Source of the DNA: Ramazzottius varieornatus
Lineage: Eukaryota; Animalia; Tardigrada
Direction: 5' to 3'
Length of the DNA stretch: 64,000 bases
Assembly: GCA_001949185.1 (NCBI GenBank)
Contig: BDGG01000001.1
Location: 3,551,324-3,615,323 of the forward strand
In this document: piece after piece, positions 24,461 to 37,055 of the stretch
How the letters are laid out: every line of letters begins with the position of its first letter
How positions within the stretch are numbered: position 1 is the first letter of the stretch
The notes under the pieces: generated by a model
What the model was told of the DNA's origin: nothing
Databases searched by the model: none
Seen by the model: only the letters and a program-made list of their open reading frames with translations
Translations under genes and position numbers: made by a program

Positions 24461-26045
24461 TTAGGAGGTGAGGCTAGTCGGGCTTCGGCGAAGGGAATGA
24501 AATGACGCGAGTTTCTTGAAGCCACTCATTCGGGACGACGATGAGGACATGGTTCGAACCCGGTCAGTGCGCATGCTTCCGGTGGTTCGCCGGCTTGCCT
24601 TACTCCGTTGGAAGAAATGATATGCACCGTAGACGATCGGGTTCACAACTGAATGTCCCAGACCTGAGATAGAACAAGGAAATGCGTCAAACTCTACGGA
24701 GTGGAAATTTGATATACATATGTATGATTGGTGACGTGCCAGATGGCCAGAGAACGGCTTGATTATTACATTACGTACCGCAGAAATAGATGGCGTGGTT
24801 GTAATAGTAGTCGTCGTGGGGAGGTGGCCGGTGGATGATGTGATAGACCAAGGAGCAGTAGTAGGGGGCTGCAATTATCGAAGGAAGGACTTTCCATTCA
24901 GAGGAACAATGAAGTTGATTATTACTGAAGGAAACGATCAACTTTCACTTACTCCAACAAAGCATAAAGGTTGAGATGACGAAGATGGAGACCTTGAGTG
25001 AGGTTAGACGCGCATGCTCGAACCTGCTGGTTCTTGGCTGCATTGCTGGAGGGTTCGCCGTGGTTGGTGTCGACAAGTAACCACCATCTATCACGGAAAA
25101 ACCATTTATTATTTTACAGAACCTGAGTACAGTAACGTATGAAGTTTTACTTTTCGCCTGAGCCGCCTCAACGCCCATCGCGCGAATAATTTTTCCATAA
25201 CAGATCCCGATAATGACGATGGGGCCGATGTAAAGAAAGATGAGGTGCATGAGGTCGTAGCTCATCTCCTGCCAACGAGCCGTGTATCCGACGGAATTAT
25301 CGCACTGAAAGATTGATCCTTCGTCCGAATGGAAAATGTTGACTTGGAAAATGAACACCTACGGCGAACGAAATTTTCAGCGTTGATGAAAAGTTATCTG
25401 GTTTTCACAGAGGACTGATTTCCGTGGTCGGTGAATGAAATCTGAAACTTTCAATGATTTGCCAGAATTTCTCTGGAATTTTTAGGTTACCTGCGGCAGG
25501 CTAAATAGAGCGCCAGAAACCCATGCCAGAACGATCATCAGTTTCACACCCCAACGAAGCTGCGCACGTCGTAATGGAAACAGAAGCGCCAAACAGCGGT
25601 CCATTCCGATGGCCACGACGATGAAGGTGCTAGTAGCTAGCCCTAGCCTTTGAGAAAATCGTAAAACCTTGCAAAAGAAGTTTCCAGCGAGGAAGTGTTG
25701 TATCAGGTACAAAATGGCGTTGGACAAGATACAGCAGACTGCGGCGATCAGATCGGCGACAGCTAGTTGGAGGTACAGCAGGCTGATGTTGCTCAGTTTC
25801 TTCGCTCCGGAACGAACTCGACCACTCCATAACTTGCAGATGACTGCGCAGTTTCCCCCGAGAGCAAGGAAAAACATTACGAAGAGAATAGCCGACTGGG
25901 CGTGGCGAAACCTCGAAGAACTCGGACCGGCGAGTCGGAACGGCGCAAGCCCGAACGTATCGTTGTGTGGGGAGTGATTCCCAGACAGTTCGGGATCTTC
26001 CGGAGACAAGCTTTGACGGCTGAAATTGCCACTGAGCTCAGACAT
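24461..26045 (-). CDS. Class A peptide GPCR of the GnRH/AKH/corazonin receptor group; 4 exons
   Basis: GN in TM1, LAVADL in TM2, AGNFFCKVLRF, GMDRC, LFSLPQ, FQC in ECL2, spliced CWTPYY in TM6 and NPIVYGAY in TM7. Confidence 0.85.
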
Positions 26046-26566
26046 GATGTACCAACAGTCCTGTTGCTGACTTCAAGAGTCGAGATGGCCAGTTTCGGAA
26101 TTACTGTGGCAGAAACTAGGGAGGGACTTGAGCTGCGGTTTCTCGAAACAGCAGGTTGGAGAAATTGTTATGTTTGGGCCCCGCCGGCGCAGGTGGCTTC
26201 GCTGGCTTGTTTTCGCGCAAATAATCTCTAAACTGGCTCCCAAACGGCATATATAGCTGTGGAATATTAAGGTCGTATTCCTTTAAACGGCATCACTATG
26301 AAGTGAGCGTTGCGCATATACTTGCACACGACGCACACGCAGTGCGGGATCGCCCAGACAAATTGACGAGAATATCTGAATAATTATCGACAACAAAACC
26401 CCGTCACCTGGGACCTTGCTAAGCTTCTTTGGTACCTGGAGGATCGCGTTCGCTTGATGAAACATGTAAGGGTTCGAATACAACCTCGGGAGTTTACTCA
26501 CTCAAGTCACGAAGTCCTCCCTCAAGAGACCGGTAGACGAAGAACCTACGTCGTCGCCGTCCATTG

Positions 26567-26969
26567 GACCTGTTTCGCAAGTCATGTTTTCGGCTTCCAC
26601 AGCATAAGTATAGGTTTTATGCTGTGCAGTTATCCACGGCTTATGTTTTGCCTAATATCGCTGCACAGAATTTGACCGAAACCAGCAATGAAGTTAGGAA
26701 GAGATATTTGTCTTCCCGAAACTATCGCCAGAAAAAGCGAAAGAAGTCCGGGCTTTATCCAGTAGAGGGCTAAATGACAGGCCCCGCGAATTCCGCTGCC
26801 CTGCTGAACTCGCGCGGCCTAATATCCCTTTATGCTAATATTCTGTGCCGGAAGTGAGCAAACCGCGAAACGGTTTCTGCACAGAAACTGACACAGTATA
26901 AAATCTCATAGTATAAAATCATGAGATTTTATTCTATTCAGAGCCGAAACGTGACTTGCGAAACAGGTC
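26567..26969. mobile_element. MITE-like inverted repeat element upstream of the GPCR
   Basis: GACCTGTTTCGCAAGTCA(T/C)GTTT..CGGCT at 26567 with its reverse complement ending at 26969; no clear TSD. Confidence 0.6.
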
Positions 26970-27599
26970 TTTTGTCTGGATGAAAAATAAGCCTAACACA
27001 TCCCTCATCAAGCATCTTTTCTTCTATCATTTCTGCTTGTATGGGTGTGCTATCCTCAGGCCATAATTATTCGTAACATCGAAGGGATGTTAATTGAAGA
27101 GTGAATGCCAGGATTGGGCACTACTTATCCAGGACCAGCGGTAATCCACGAAGCTTCTTTTGTGCGCACTATTTCAGACGCATTTTAGTTACGACGAACA
27201 ACGACATCGACAAGTCGTGAATCGAATGCGGAAAAACCGCCGGGGTCTCACGAGAATTCATGTACGGACGATAAATACGAGAGCATTACATTACAGGGTA
27301 GCTAGCACAGGATAGCTAAGGTGATATGTGGAGTGCGGGAAAACAAACCAACGAACAACGTCCGAGGAACTTCATGCAGATTTCAGAAGCTAAAAGAGTA
27401 GACGTTTAACATGTCATAACAGCAGACAGGGCAACAAAAGAACGTAATCGTAACGTACTGTACACGACGACGTTCCCGACATTCATTTCACCATAAGGAA
27501 GTTTGAAGGAGATCCCTAACCGACACGACATTTAACTTTCAACTAAAAATACTGAGAAAAATCGTAACAGAAGAGGTATTTTGTAGGCACGCGATTGTT

Positions 27600-29121
27600 T
27601 TACGTGGCCGTAGACTTCTTGGCCCGTTTCCCGCCTCTAGTAGACGAGCTGGTCTTTCTCTTCTTGTCCAGTTTCTCTTGCGGCGTCAGCGGTTCGCCCC
27701 GGATCCTTCGTGATTGACGTTTACCTTGGGAATCTTCGGCAGACTTGCGCTTTTGTCTTTTTCCACTTCTTGACACCGAACGCTTGGAGTGGTCCTCTGT
27801 AGTCGTGGTGCTTACGGCTCCAGCAGGTTCGCGGACTGCAGACGGAGGACGACTTCGTGAGCGAGTGTGCTTGGCAGGCGAACCCATCTTGACGGGACGA
27901 ACGGGAGATGCTTCTCGCTTCTTCGAGGGAGAGACCGACCTGTCAATGAAAAGTCACTCGTTAGAGGAAGCAAACTGAAAGAAAACGTACGCGAACCTTC
28001 TCTTCGGGGATGTGACGGACTTGACAGCTCGCGGAGTAGTCGTTACGGTCTTTGGAGGGCTTTTTGATGGGCGACTGGATGCGGTGCGGGAGCTTGTGGT
28101 AGTATTGGATGCAGGAGTGTCCAGCGGACGACGGCCAGTTGGGGAGGACGTGGGTCGGCTATTCTGACTCGCAGTAGCCTCAGCCTTTTCTGCCTTCTTG
28201 GATGCGACGCTGCTGGATTGCTGGTAACTGCGCTGCCTTGCGCGTGAAATGGGGGAGGAAACGGGATGATGGCTGCGTAGTCCTCCAGCTGGTCCTAACT
28301 TGAAGCTCTCGTCGTCCACTAATACAGGGAAAAAAACGTGCGTTTGGCGAGGAAGACAACACTCGAACAGTTATGTAATCGTTATTACCGTCGATGTCCA
28401 TAGCATGTTCGAGATCGAACAGACGATCGCGTTTATGGACTCCCGGATCATCTTCCGTCACCGTGTTGTAGGGATTGAAATGTGTTGCTATAACCGTCAC
28501 AGCATCCCAGGCTTTCCGCAGCTACAAAGAAAACGAATAAGACAAGTGCCACGGTGCCTATATACTCGACGCAAATCGCATCTTACGCCATTGCAACACT
28601 TTATCAGATGATTTGCAAAGTCAAAGCTTACCCAGTCTCCCAGAATCATGCTGGCGTCCGGTCGTTCGTTTGTTTCTCCTGGATGCCAGTCGGAGAAGTC
28701 CACACAGATGGTCAGGGTGCAATCTTTGCAGAGGAATCTAGCGAAGAATTCCGGAGAAATCACGGAGAACAACTTCCAAACCTTTTTTTTAACGGCTGGC
28801 TTCGACAACGACCAGTGTTAGCCAGGTAAACATTCCGTGCTACTCCGCATGGCTCGCCATATCACGGTAAAGACCCGAAATGGTTCGGATTGATGAGGTT
28901 CAACCGGGGTACCGGAATGTTTACCTGCCGAACACTGACAACGACAAAAGCAGAGCATGCGAGAACTACACTAGCGCTTGCCATGCGGCTGCCGTGAGGC
29001 CGATCGAGCAAGCAATACGACGTCCAGTACCGCAGGTTGATTATTTGATTCTCCTTGTCTGCATCGCACGGAGTGTGCAGTGTGCACAGCCCTGATAGTG
29101 GCTCTGCCCTGTGCATTACGC
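27600..29121 (-). CDS. Orphan protein: Cys/His-containing N-terminal region plus long Ser/Thr/Arg/Lys-rich disordered tail; 5' exons uncertain
   Basis: In-frame GT-AG joins link VWKLFSVISPEFFARFLCKDCTLTIC...GDW / LRKAWDAV...DID / VDDESFKL...RRFA / SVSPSKKREASPVR...KKSTAT-stop. Confidence 0.65.
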
Positions 29122-29490
29122 ACGTAGTTGCTCGCCGGTACAGCACTAGTAACAGTAGATGTCGCTGCTTACGTTTCACCACTGTCCAGGTTCCAGACTC
29201 CACTTCTGTCTGCTTGATTCTTCGGTATTCGGGTTCTTCAGTTTAGGGAACTGAATCATTCAGAAACTAGACTTTCTACTCGCCCAAAAGACCCTCTCGA
29301 TGCTGCAAGCAACCGGGCAGCAGGTAGCGCACAACAGTCAACCAGAGCACACGAAGGCTGTGCTGAATCTTAAAGTAATATGTACTTCTGAAGATTTACA
29401 ACTCGGACTTTGAGGTTGGCACAGCACAGTTCCTGAACCCATAAAACTCAAAGTTTCGTATATGCATCTGATCTTCAAACTGAACGAAGA

Positions 29491-30635
29491 CTATTCAGCC
29501 GCAAGCTGGAATTGCTTGAGCAACTGATCAAGAGTATTAACAAGAATCTGTAAGTCTTGGGGCTGGGAGAATCGGTGATCGGCGGACTTGGACAAGATGA
29601 GCTGTACGTCCGTGGACTCAAAGAGCGAAACCGCTTTGGTGGATAGTTCCCACGGAACTTCGGTATCTTTCATGCCGTGGACCAGACGAACCGGACAGGA
29701 GATGGGGAACTGTGCGCGATTGCTAAAGCACAAACTCTGCGCGGACGTCACGAAGGATTGCGTATACATGAAATCCCCGCGACCTGATGGAATGCCACCA
29801 CCTTTTGCAAATATCTTCTTATCCTAAATCAGATACACCCGAGATGAGGCAAACGCTTGAACTAGTACCGAAGTTGCTCAGTGCGTGCTGCAACGCAGTT
29901 TATGACTATATATATGCGTCTACTGATTACGAGTAACACCAAATACACTTCCGGTTACCAAGTAGATCGATCAGACAGATTTAAAGTTTCAAACAATCCA
30001 ACTGTACCTCCTTCGTTAGAGACTCTTGTAGCCGTTGGTCATAGTCATAAGGCAGAGTGATTCCAACGAGTCCTTGGACGCGTTCTGGTCGTCTGATGGC
30101 TAGATGCATCATCATGACGGCACCCATACTTGATCCCACCAGGACTTGCGGCTCTCCAGGATTAGTTAAGCTGTCCAAGACTGTGAATGCATCTTCCAGC
30201 CATATCGCGGACGTTACATCTTTGAGATTTCCTGTTGACTGACCTAGTCCACGATAGTCGAACCTACAAGGAACAATTTCGTCAGTTACAATCAGTTAAC
30301 TTGACAGCTCGCAGATAACAGCTCGTACGTGCTGGGTTCTTTTAAGATCACCTAATGAAAGGATGATCATATATACCGCAGTAACGTTCCACGATCTTCG
30401 CCTTTTCGCCGTTCATGTTAGCTAATAAGCCGGGAAGGAAGATAACTCCAGGTGACTTAGATCCTTTGGTCCGTTTGTAAGCGATCTTGTCTCCATTAGC
30501 CAGCTGGAAGAACTCGGTGAGAATTTCTCCTTCCTGTTGTCTCACAGTCTCCGTGTGGTTTCTCCGAACCGTAATCCACAGCGCTCGCTTTCCCGATCCA
30601 GCCTTTCCCAAAAGCGAAGCGGTCCTGATGAGCAT
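29491..30635 (-). CDS. ABHD10: Alpha/beta hydrolase domain protein 10 (mitochondrial thioesterase/esterase)
   Basis: IAYKRTKGSKSPGVIFLPG..NMNGEKA, RFDYRGLGQS, nucleophile motif LVGSSMG, CPVRLVHGMKD.EVPW and DHRFS.PQD. Confidence 0.9.
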
Positions 30636-31396
30636 TCTCGTGCGGTAACCTGTAACCACTAACGCAGCCGCACAGCGTGAGCCCAACCTGAAACGACAAT
30701 TTCTGAACTTGATAGTTAAGGAGTCAATTTTCCGGCCAAACTTAAAAGCTGGGGTAACCAAAGATCTACCTCGCGAATCAACAGGGTTTCAAATCAAATC
30801 GATGGTTAACGTTAAGAGACAACAGAGAGTAAGGCGACTGAGGCCTGTCTGAGGGAAGTCCCCAGTGTGTCTACTAGTGCACAGGCGTGTGCTGGTGTCT
30901 TTGATTTGCCCGGGAAACTAATTCCGTAATTCTGAAAAGTAATATTTAATATTCTAAAAATACTGGTTTGCTCCTTTTGAGAGCTTGTTATGGTTACCAC
31001 AGTCACGTAGTACATATGCCAGGCATCGGATAAACTGTTGCTGATAAAAGTCTTTCCGGTACTTACAGACAGCCTGTCAAAATCTTGCTTAGATGCCGTC
31101 TGGACAGAGGAATGACTCATGTATTCAAGTGTATCTTCTTGCTGTTATTTACTTATTGTTTTGTGTCCACCAATACGATGGATCTGCGGAAGTATTTCAG
31201 TAGACGTACCACGAGCGTTACTGCGGTTCTTACTACCGATTCATGGACAACAACCACTGAGGCAAACAGTTTGTTACCAGAGCCTGGTGGATTGATTGTC
31301 GATCTGGTGGATGACCCTGGCACAAGCAGACTGCGGTACTGTAGTGCTTCCAATTAACCACGCACTAGACCACGTGTTGACTTTTCTTTGCTATTA

Positions 31397-31963
31397 GGTC
31401 TGTCAGTATGACTTTGGGGTTTTTCCGAGGGAAGTTTTGAAAATTCGTATCTCTGGCCTTGGGCGGATTTCCTCGTTTGTTCTTTTCGTAAAAAGCAGTA
31501 GATGCGATAGTCTGTTGCCTAAGGCATTGGAAACTCTAATCCGTGCATTTTTGTGGTTTTTTACGAGCACGATTCGTGATCGCACATTTTCGAAAATTGC
31601 CTCCACATAGAGTTTTGCACAAAATTTCTTTTTACGAATTCTCGAAGCATATCTTTCGAGGTTTCTTTCTTGCAGTTGACAGATCATCTTCAGTACCATG
31701 AACCTTTCAATCATTCTCGAATTCAAAAAGCCTTTTTCATGTCGAAATTGTTTCGAAAAGGTTGTGTTCAGAACTGAGGTCTCCTTTTTACGACATTTTT
31801 CTTATTTCCTGATCCAATTCCATCGACCAGATCTTGCTTTCAAAATTAAAAAGAGTCTGTTAGATAGATAGAACATTCGCCATTATTTGAATGTCTGTAC
31901 AGGAGCTCTGGAAATACGTTTGAAAGTGTTCCGCCGAAAACCGCAAAGTCATACTGGCGGGCC
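31397..31963. mobile_element. MITE (Harbinger/Tourist-like GG..CC ends) in first intron of the hAT transposase
   Basis: TIRs GGTCTGTCAGTATGACTTTGGGGTTTT / AAAACCGCAAAGTCATACTGGCGGGCC; AT-rich interior; TSD not exact (TTA versus AAA). Confidence 0.65.
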
Positions 31964-32875
31964 AAATAATAAAATCAGATTCTATCAATGCAATCATTCC
32001 GTCTGTTCAAGGGGTTTATTGTGCGCTAAGATGGTGGTACTGGAGTACCTCCATTAGAACTGTCACGCTTTTAGATGGGTCTGCGACTGGTGCGGAAGAG
32101 CAATGTGAGCTGAGGAAGATAGAGGGAAGGGAACCAGAAGAAGACACAGCGTTTGTTAAAAAGAGCTGGTGGGCGGGAGACAGGAAGGAATGGTTGAGCT
32201 ATAACCAAGCGAAGGACAAGATATTCTGCGTCGCCTGCAGGAAGTACCTGGATTTATACACGCGGCGGAACCCCAAGTGTCACAAATCTACCGAGTTCAG
32301 AGATGGGTTCAATCTTGAAGACGAAAACAAGAACAGGAGGAAAATTTACGATCATACGGAAGCCGATCGTGGAAAGTCTCACGCTGCTTATGTTAATAGG
32401 TTCTGGTCGGTAGCGCATGACGGTGACCATACGATGACGATGGCTGCTTCACGTCATCAAAAATGGGTGGAGAGTACCTTTATCGTGACGGTGAAGCTAT
32501 CGCATGACGGTATTTGAGCAAAAGATCGTCATGGATTTTGGGTGGTCCTCGATGGCTTCCTAAAGCTTCCTTATGCACAATCTTAGTATTAAACCGTAGG
32601 GAAATGATTTTTCATTAGTCTGACACCTGAGTTGACTGGTGGAAGCTGGAATGTGGGACGAAACCATAAATCTGGTGAGAGGTGGTGAAATTCGAAGAAA
32701 TCGCCCTTACTCCCGGTCCGCACGCTGGCGGATGGCCGCTTCGAGCAGTGCGGCGGACAACGCTTTGTAGCGGAAGCGTATGCGCCAGTTTACACTATGA
32801 GCGGAGTCTGGAAAATTTCATTCTGTGCCTAACTTCACGTTTTTCTTCTTCCAAATGAACTATCTTCCAGCAAAC

Positions 32876-33968
32876 ATGGCTCAGTCGACAAAGAACGTTT
32901 TCAAAGCACTGCACGACCTTGACTTACTGGACTTGGTGGACAACAAGAACCCTCACATGGCAGAATGTCAGTCTGCAGCTTGGGACGAGATGGTTAAGGC
33001 TCTGAACGATGCAAAGGTAAGACGTTTGTTAAGGCTTCTCTCTGAAACTCGCGTATACGCTTTTCGTTTACAGCTTTTTCCAAAGCCACTGAACAAGCGA
33101 GCAGTACAGTCACGCGTCAACACTTTGGTCAAGGCTTACCGTACAGACGACCTGCAGAACAAAGTGAAGTCAGGAACTGAAGAGCAGTACGGGCAGATAA
33201 AAGCGCTGGTGATTCGCATCTCGTCTGCCATCGATGATTCTAAGAAAGCGCGAATCGACAAGACAAAAGCTGTGGCTGCAAAGATCATCGAAAGCGACAG
33301 CGCAAGTCAGGCTGTGATTGAAGAAGGAGAGAAAGGGCGATCAAAGCGACCGCTGGACAGCGACACCTCTGAGTTAACTGACGGTAAGGGCAAATATCCG
33401 TGGTTTACGACGTCACAGATGTTCGGATCTGAACAGGGGTTGAACCGGCAGTAAGTAACCTAGACGGCTGTGACGTCATGTGTGCCTTACGAATCACTCC
33501 GCAACATGTTTGATTGATACTCCTTGATTGATCCTTGATTGCGTATACGCATTTATGGACATCTTCTTTTTTGTCTTTGCAGAGGAAGCTGAGAAGCAAG
33601 AATTTGTCCACACCACCGGAGGAAGCAACGATGACTGGGAAGATGAGAAGGAATATCGGAAGGCTCAGAAAGCCAAAGACCGAGCTGAGAAAGCGGAGAA
33701 GTCTGAACCGGAAGTGAAGAAGGCCCGGGCGTTCCGTGTAAGCAAACCATCCGAAATGGCGGTCTCTGACGACAAGTGGATTGGGTTTTTCGAGAAAGAC
33801 GCACAACGAAAGTATGCTCTCAAAGAAGCTGAGCTGAAGAACGCCTACGACTTGGAAGCCAAAAAGCTGGACATTCGCGCAAAAGAACTGGAGTTGGAGA
33901 GCCGTCGTCTGGATATAGAGGCAAAGAGACTTCATATTCCGCTTGATGAATTCAATCATCTTATTTGA
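32876..33968 (+). CDS. Accessory (Myb/SANT-like + coiled-coil) protein of the PHIS transposon; 3 exons
   Basis: Lies within the TIRs; AAWDEMVKALN helix; introns at about 33017-33073 and 33384-33582 keep frame; E/K/R-rich coiled-coil C-terminus. Confidence 0.72.
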
Positions 33969-34023
33969 TGGCGTATCCGCTTTATGGTTCCTTAACAAGT
34001 AAAATGAATCTCTCAAAGTATGA

Positions 34024-35215
34024 TCAATCCTCTTGCGAGCAAGAAAGGTACTCGAACAAAGAAGGAGGTTCCAAGTCAAAGTACCTGCTTGTCTGATTTG
34101 GGTACAAGCAATTGTGACAGTTCGTAAGCAGCACAGCCACGCGATAAATTCTGTTTACTGGCTTCTCGTAAAGCTTCATCTGTTTTCGGAAATCAACAAA
34201 CGCAAACTTCGTGACGACTTCTTTAAAGCACCATTCTACGGACTGGCGAAGCTTGGACATGAGGGTGTTCTGATCCTTTGCTTTTGAAAGACGGATTTCG
34301 ATCCTAGAATGAGACTTATGGAGTATTCCATTCTTCTTTGCGTATCCGCTGTCTCCATAAAGCACGTATTTTCTCACAAAGCCAGCTTGCTTTTCGTGGA
34401 GTTCTTCCAGGATTTTGCTTTCATTTAACAGACGACTGTCGTGCATCGAACCTCTTTGGCCACCATACAAGTTCAAGATGAGACCTGCGAGAAAATGCGG
34501 ACTTTTAATTGCGTGTACGCTTTGAGAGTGCGTGTACGCTTGTAGTTTGCTACCGAAAATGATCCAAATTTCCTCGCAACCTACCATTGGGAAGAACCAC
34601 GGACTGCCATTTTGTGCAATGAATACGTTTATGACCACTGAACATTTGTCGTTGGTAGAAGATTGGGCGGCAGATGGGACGAGCAGTTCCATCTATGAAA
34701 GCGAATACATCCCGGATAACACCTGGGCCGCCTTTCGCGGCAATGGAATCGGCGTAAATTTCGAAGTCGTCTTCCTTGAGCCAGCTGTGATCCCATGTCT
34801 TCAAGACCTTCGAAGACCGGTCAATAACCCGTAGTGTCGCGTAGAACAGTCGGTTTAAGGAGCTATGAGAACGTCCGAACATTTTCCTCATCTCCAACCA
34901 CCTGTTTGGATACGCCAGTCTTCGCAAAACGATGCAAAGGGCTTCCAGTCCGGTGGCAGAGTCTCGACTCGGTGTTCGGACGACGTCTGGTATCCCAAAG
35001 GCTTCCAGTAGCTGGAACAGAGCTTCCCGTTTGAAACGAAAGTAGGCACGGCATTCCTTGTCGGAGTAGTCATCCAGATCGAAGGATTGCTCCCTCCACG
35101 CATCTTCTTCCAGAACAGCCGCCTTTCTACTGCGCATACGCCTTCGAAGTATGATGAACTGCTTTCGGGATATGTGCTTGTTATAGTAGAGAGCGTACAG
35201 GATATGTAACTCCAT
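34024..35215 (-). CDS. HARBI1-like DDE transposase, apparently intact (363 aa; intron 34584-34485)
   Basis: FRFKRE, EALCIVLRRLAYP, FIDGT, FSGHKRIH, HDS, YGDSGY and RQSVEWCF motifs; no stop in the spliced frame. Confidence 0.92.
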
Positions 35216-37055
35216 CTTGAAATTTGTCCGGAAAGTGGAAAATGGAAATGGCAGGAAAGCGAATTTGTACGGAAGCGAAGCGGAAAATTATTGTCAATAC
35301 GACACCGTGTCGTCACCGACCACACTGAAGATCAGACCGTCTTTCTACGGTGACGATAATCAGCGTCATGGCATCGTCATCGTCACCGTCATACGCTACC
35401 GACCAGAGTCTAATATGTGGGAAACTCGAGACGATGGGAGCTTCAATACAGCTGTGGAAAAGCTCAACAGGAGAGAAACCAAGCGCTTAATGACTAAACG
35501 TCAGAAGGAGCTTATTGCAACAGAGCACATGTTTCAGATTGTCTTTCTTGAACCAAAGAGTAATATTCCATGGAACAGTCACAGTACCGTAACCGGATGG
35601 TTCGACATGCTGGGCGCTGATCTTGATCTGGGAACAGAAGGAAGGAGGACACACCGATCGAAGAAGTCAGCTAAGACGATTACTCTGTTCACCAGTAAGA
35701 TGTTGCACCGGAACTCGTTTCTTCGTTAAAGACGAATACGAAACCTCTTGCTCTGATTGCCGATGAAAGTACTGATGTTATATCTGAACCTCACTTCATT
35801 ATCTGCATCAGGCAGTACGTTGTAAGTAGGACGTAAGATTGACATGATAAAAAATTTGTCCGTAACTCGCTCCCAATAACAATATATTTCGCAGACTGCT
35901 GAACCTGTAACGTCTTTCTACCGATTGGTGGGAATCCACGACAAAAGTGCTGGTGGTATTTTTGAACATATTCGCAAGAGCTTCCAGAATGATGGGTTAT
36001 GGGATAACATATTGAAAAATGTTGTTTCGTTCGTGTCGGACGGAGCCAGTGTTATGACTGGGATAAAAACAGGAGTGGCGGAAAGAATCCGGCAGGAGAA
36101 GAATGCAAACTGAATCCATTTATTTTCGATCCATTGCATGGCACACCGACTGGAGTTGGCTTACAGTGATACGATCAACTCATTGACTAAGCCTCAGCTG
36201 CCTAACACATCACCAGAAATGCCCTGATTTACCGCCATCGAAAATACCATTTCGACCACCTACACAGTGTTCCGTAAAATGTACAAAAGCAGGGACGAGT
36301 TTATCCACGTAGCGAAAACTATGGATCTACAGTACTACGCGTTCAAATATCTCCGAAAGACACGCTGGATGCAGTCGAAGTATTCCGGTGTCTACGCACT
36401 GTTCAAAAATTATGACGTACTGGTGTCCACTCTGGCAAAATACTCACGTGCTCTTGAAGCCAAAGTGGCTGAAAGCGACTCGAAGAAAGACGAGCTCGTA
36501 ACAGAACTTTTCAAGATTGAATTCCCGCTCGTTCTGGCATCTCATCTCTACGTTATTGGGGGGAACTTAAAGCCATATCTTTGCAAATGCAGAAGCAAGA
36601 TGCAACGATGTTTTTTAGCTCTTTTCTTCGAAGCGAAAACTATGAAATTTTTCATAAGGAAATGCTCGGTCGAATCGACGACACCGAACCACACGTTTAT
36701 GTACCCCGGGACCGCGCTGGCCAAGAACCGCTGAAATTGCATGGAAGACTTTCCATGGAACGAAAAGTTTAAGAAAGACAGGGTGGTTATCACTGATCGA
36801 CTGCTTGACTGGATGGAAGGCAAGTTTCCGGAAAAGACACATACTAGCATGACATGTCTGCACTTAACCCGCTGAACTGGCCGGTTCCAGACACTGCATT
36901 CCTGCAGTGGGGAGATATGAACGTGAAGAAGTTTCTGTCAAACTGTTTGAAAACAAGACTGTATGCGAGGAAGAATGGAACATTTTTAAGACGAACATTG
37001 TGCCGCATTCCGTACGGAAGCGCCTGAACATATCGCCAGCCGAGTTCTGGACTGA

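Larger units (their letters stand above)
32398..35411. mobile_element. Complete PHIS-superfamily (PIF/Harbinger-related, Pangu-like) DNA transposon, 3014 bp
   Basis: TIRs AG(GT/AC)TCTGGTCGGTAGCG(C/T)ATGACGGTGAC; 3-bp TSD AAT (32395-97, 35412-14); two convergent genes. Removing it rejoins the host hAT frame (HAAYVN/MWETR). Confidence 0.92.

Noticed and set aside
28738-28930. Possible second selenoprotein: an in-frame TGA (minus strand, 28862-64) in a frame reading HFGSLP-U-YGEPCG
   Set aside because: An alternative intron of about 66 nt (GTGATA...CTAAC...GAAG) removes the TGA and keeps frame, and I found no SECIS-like structure in the 3' region.
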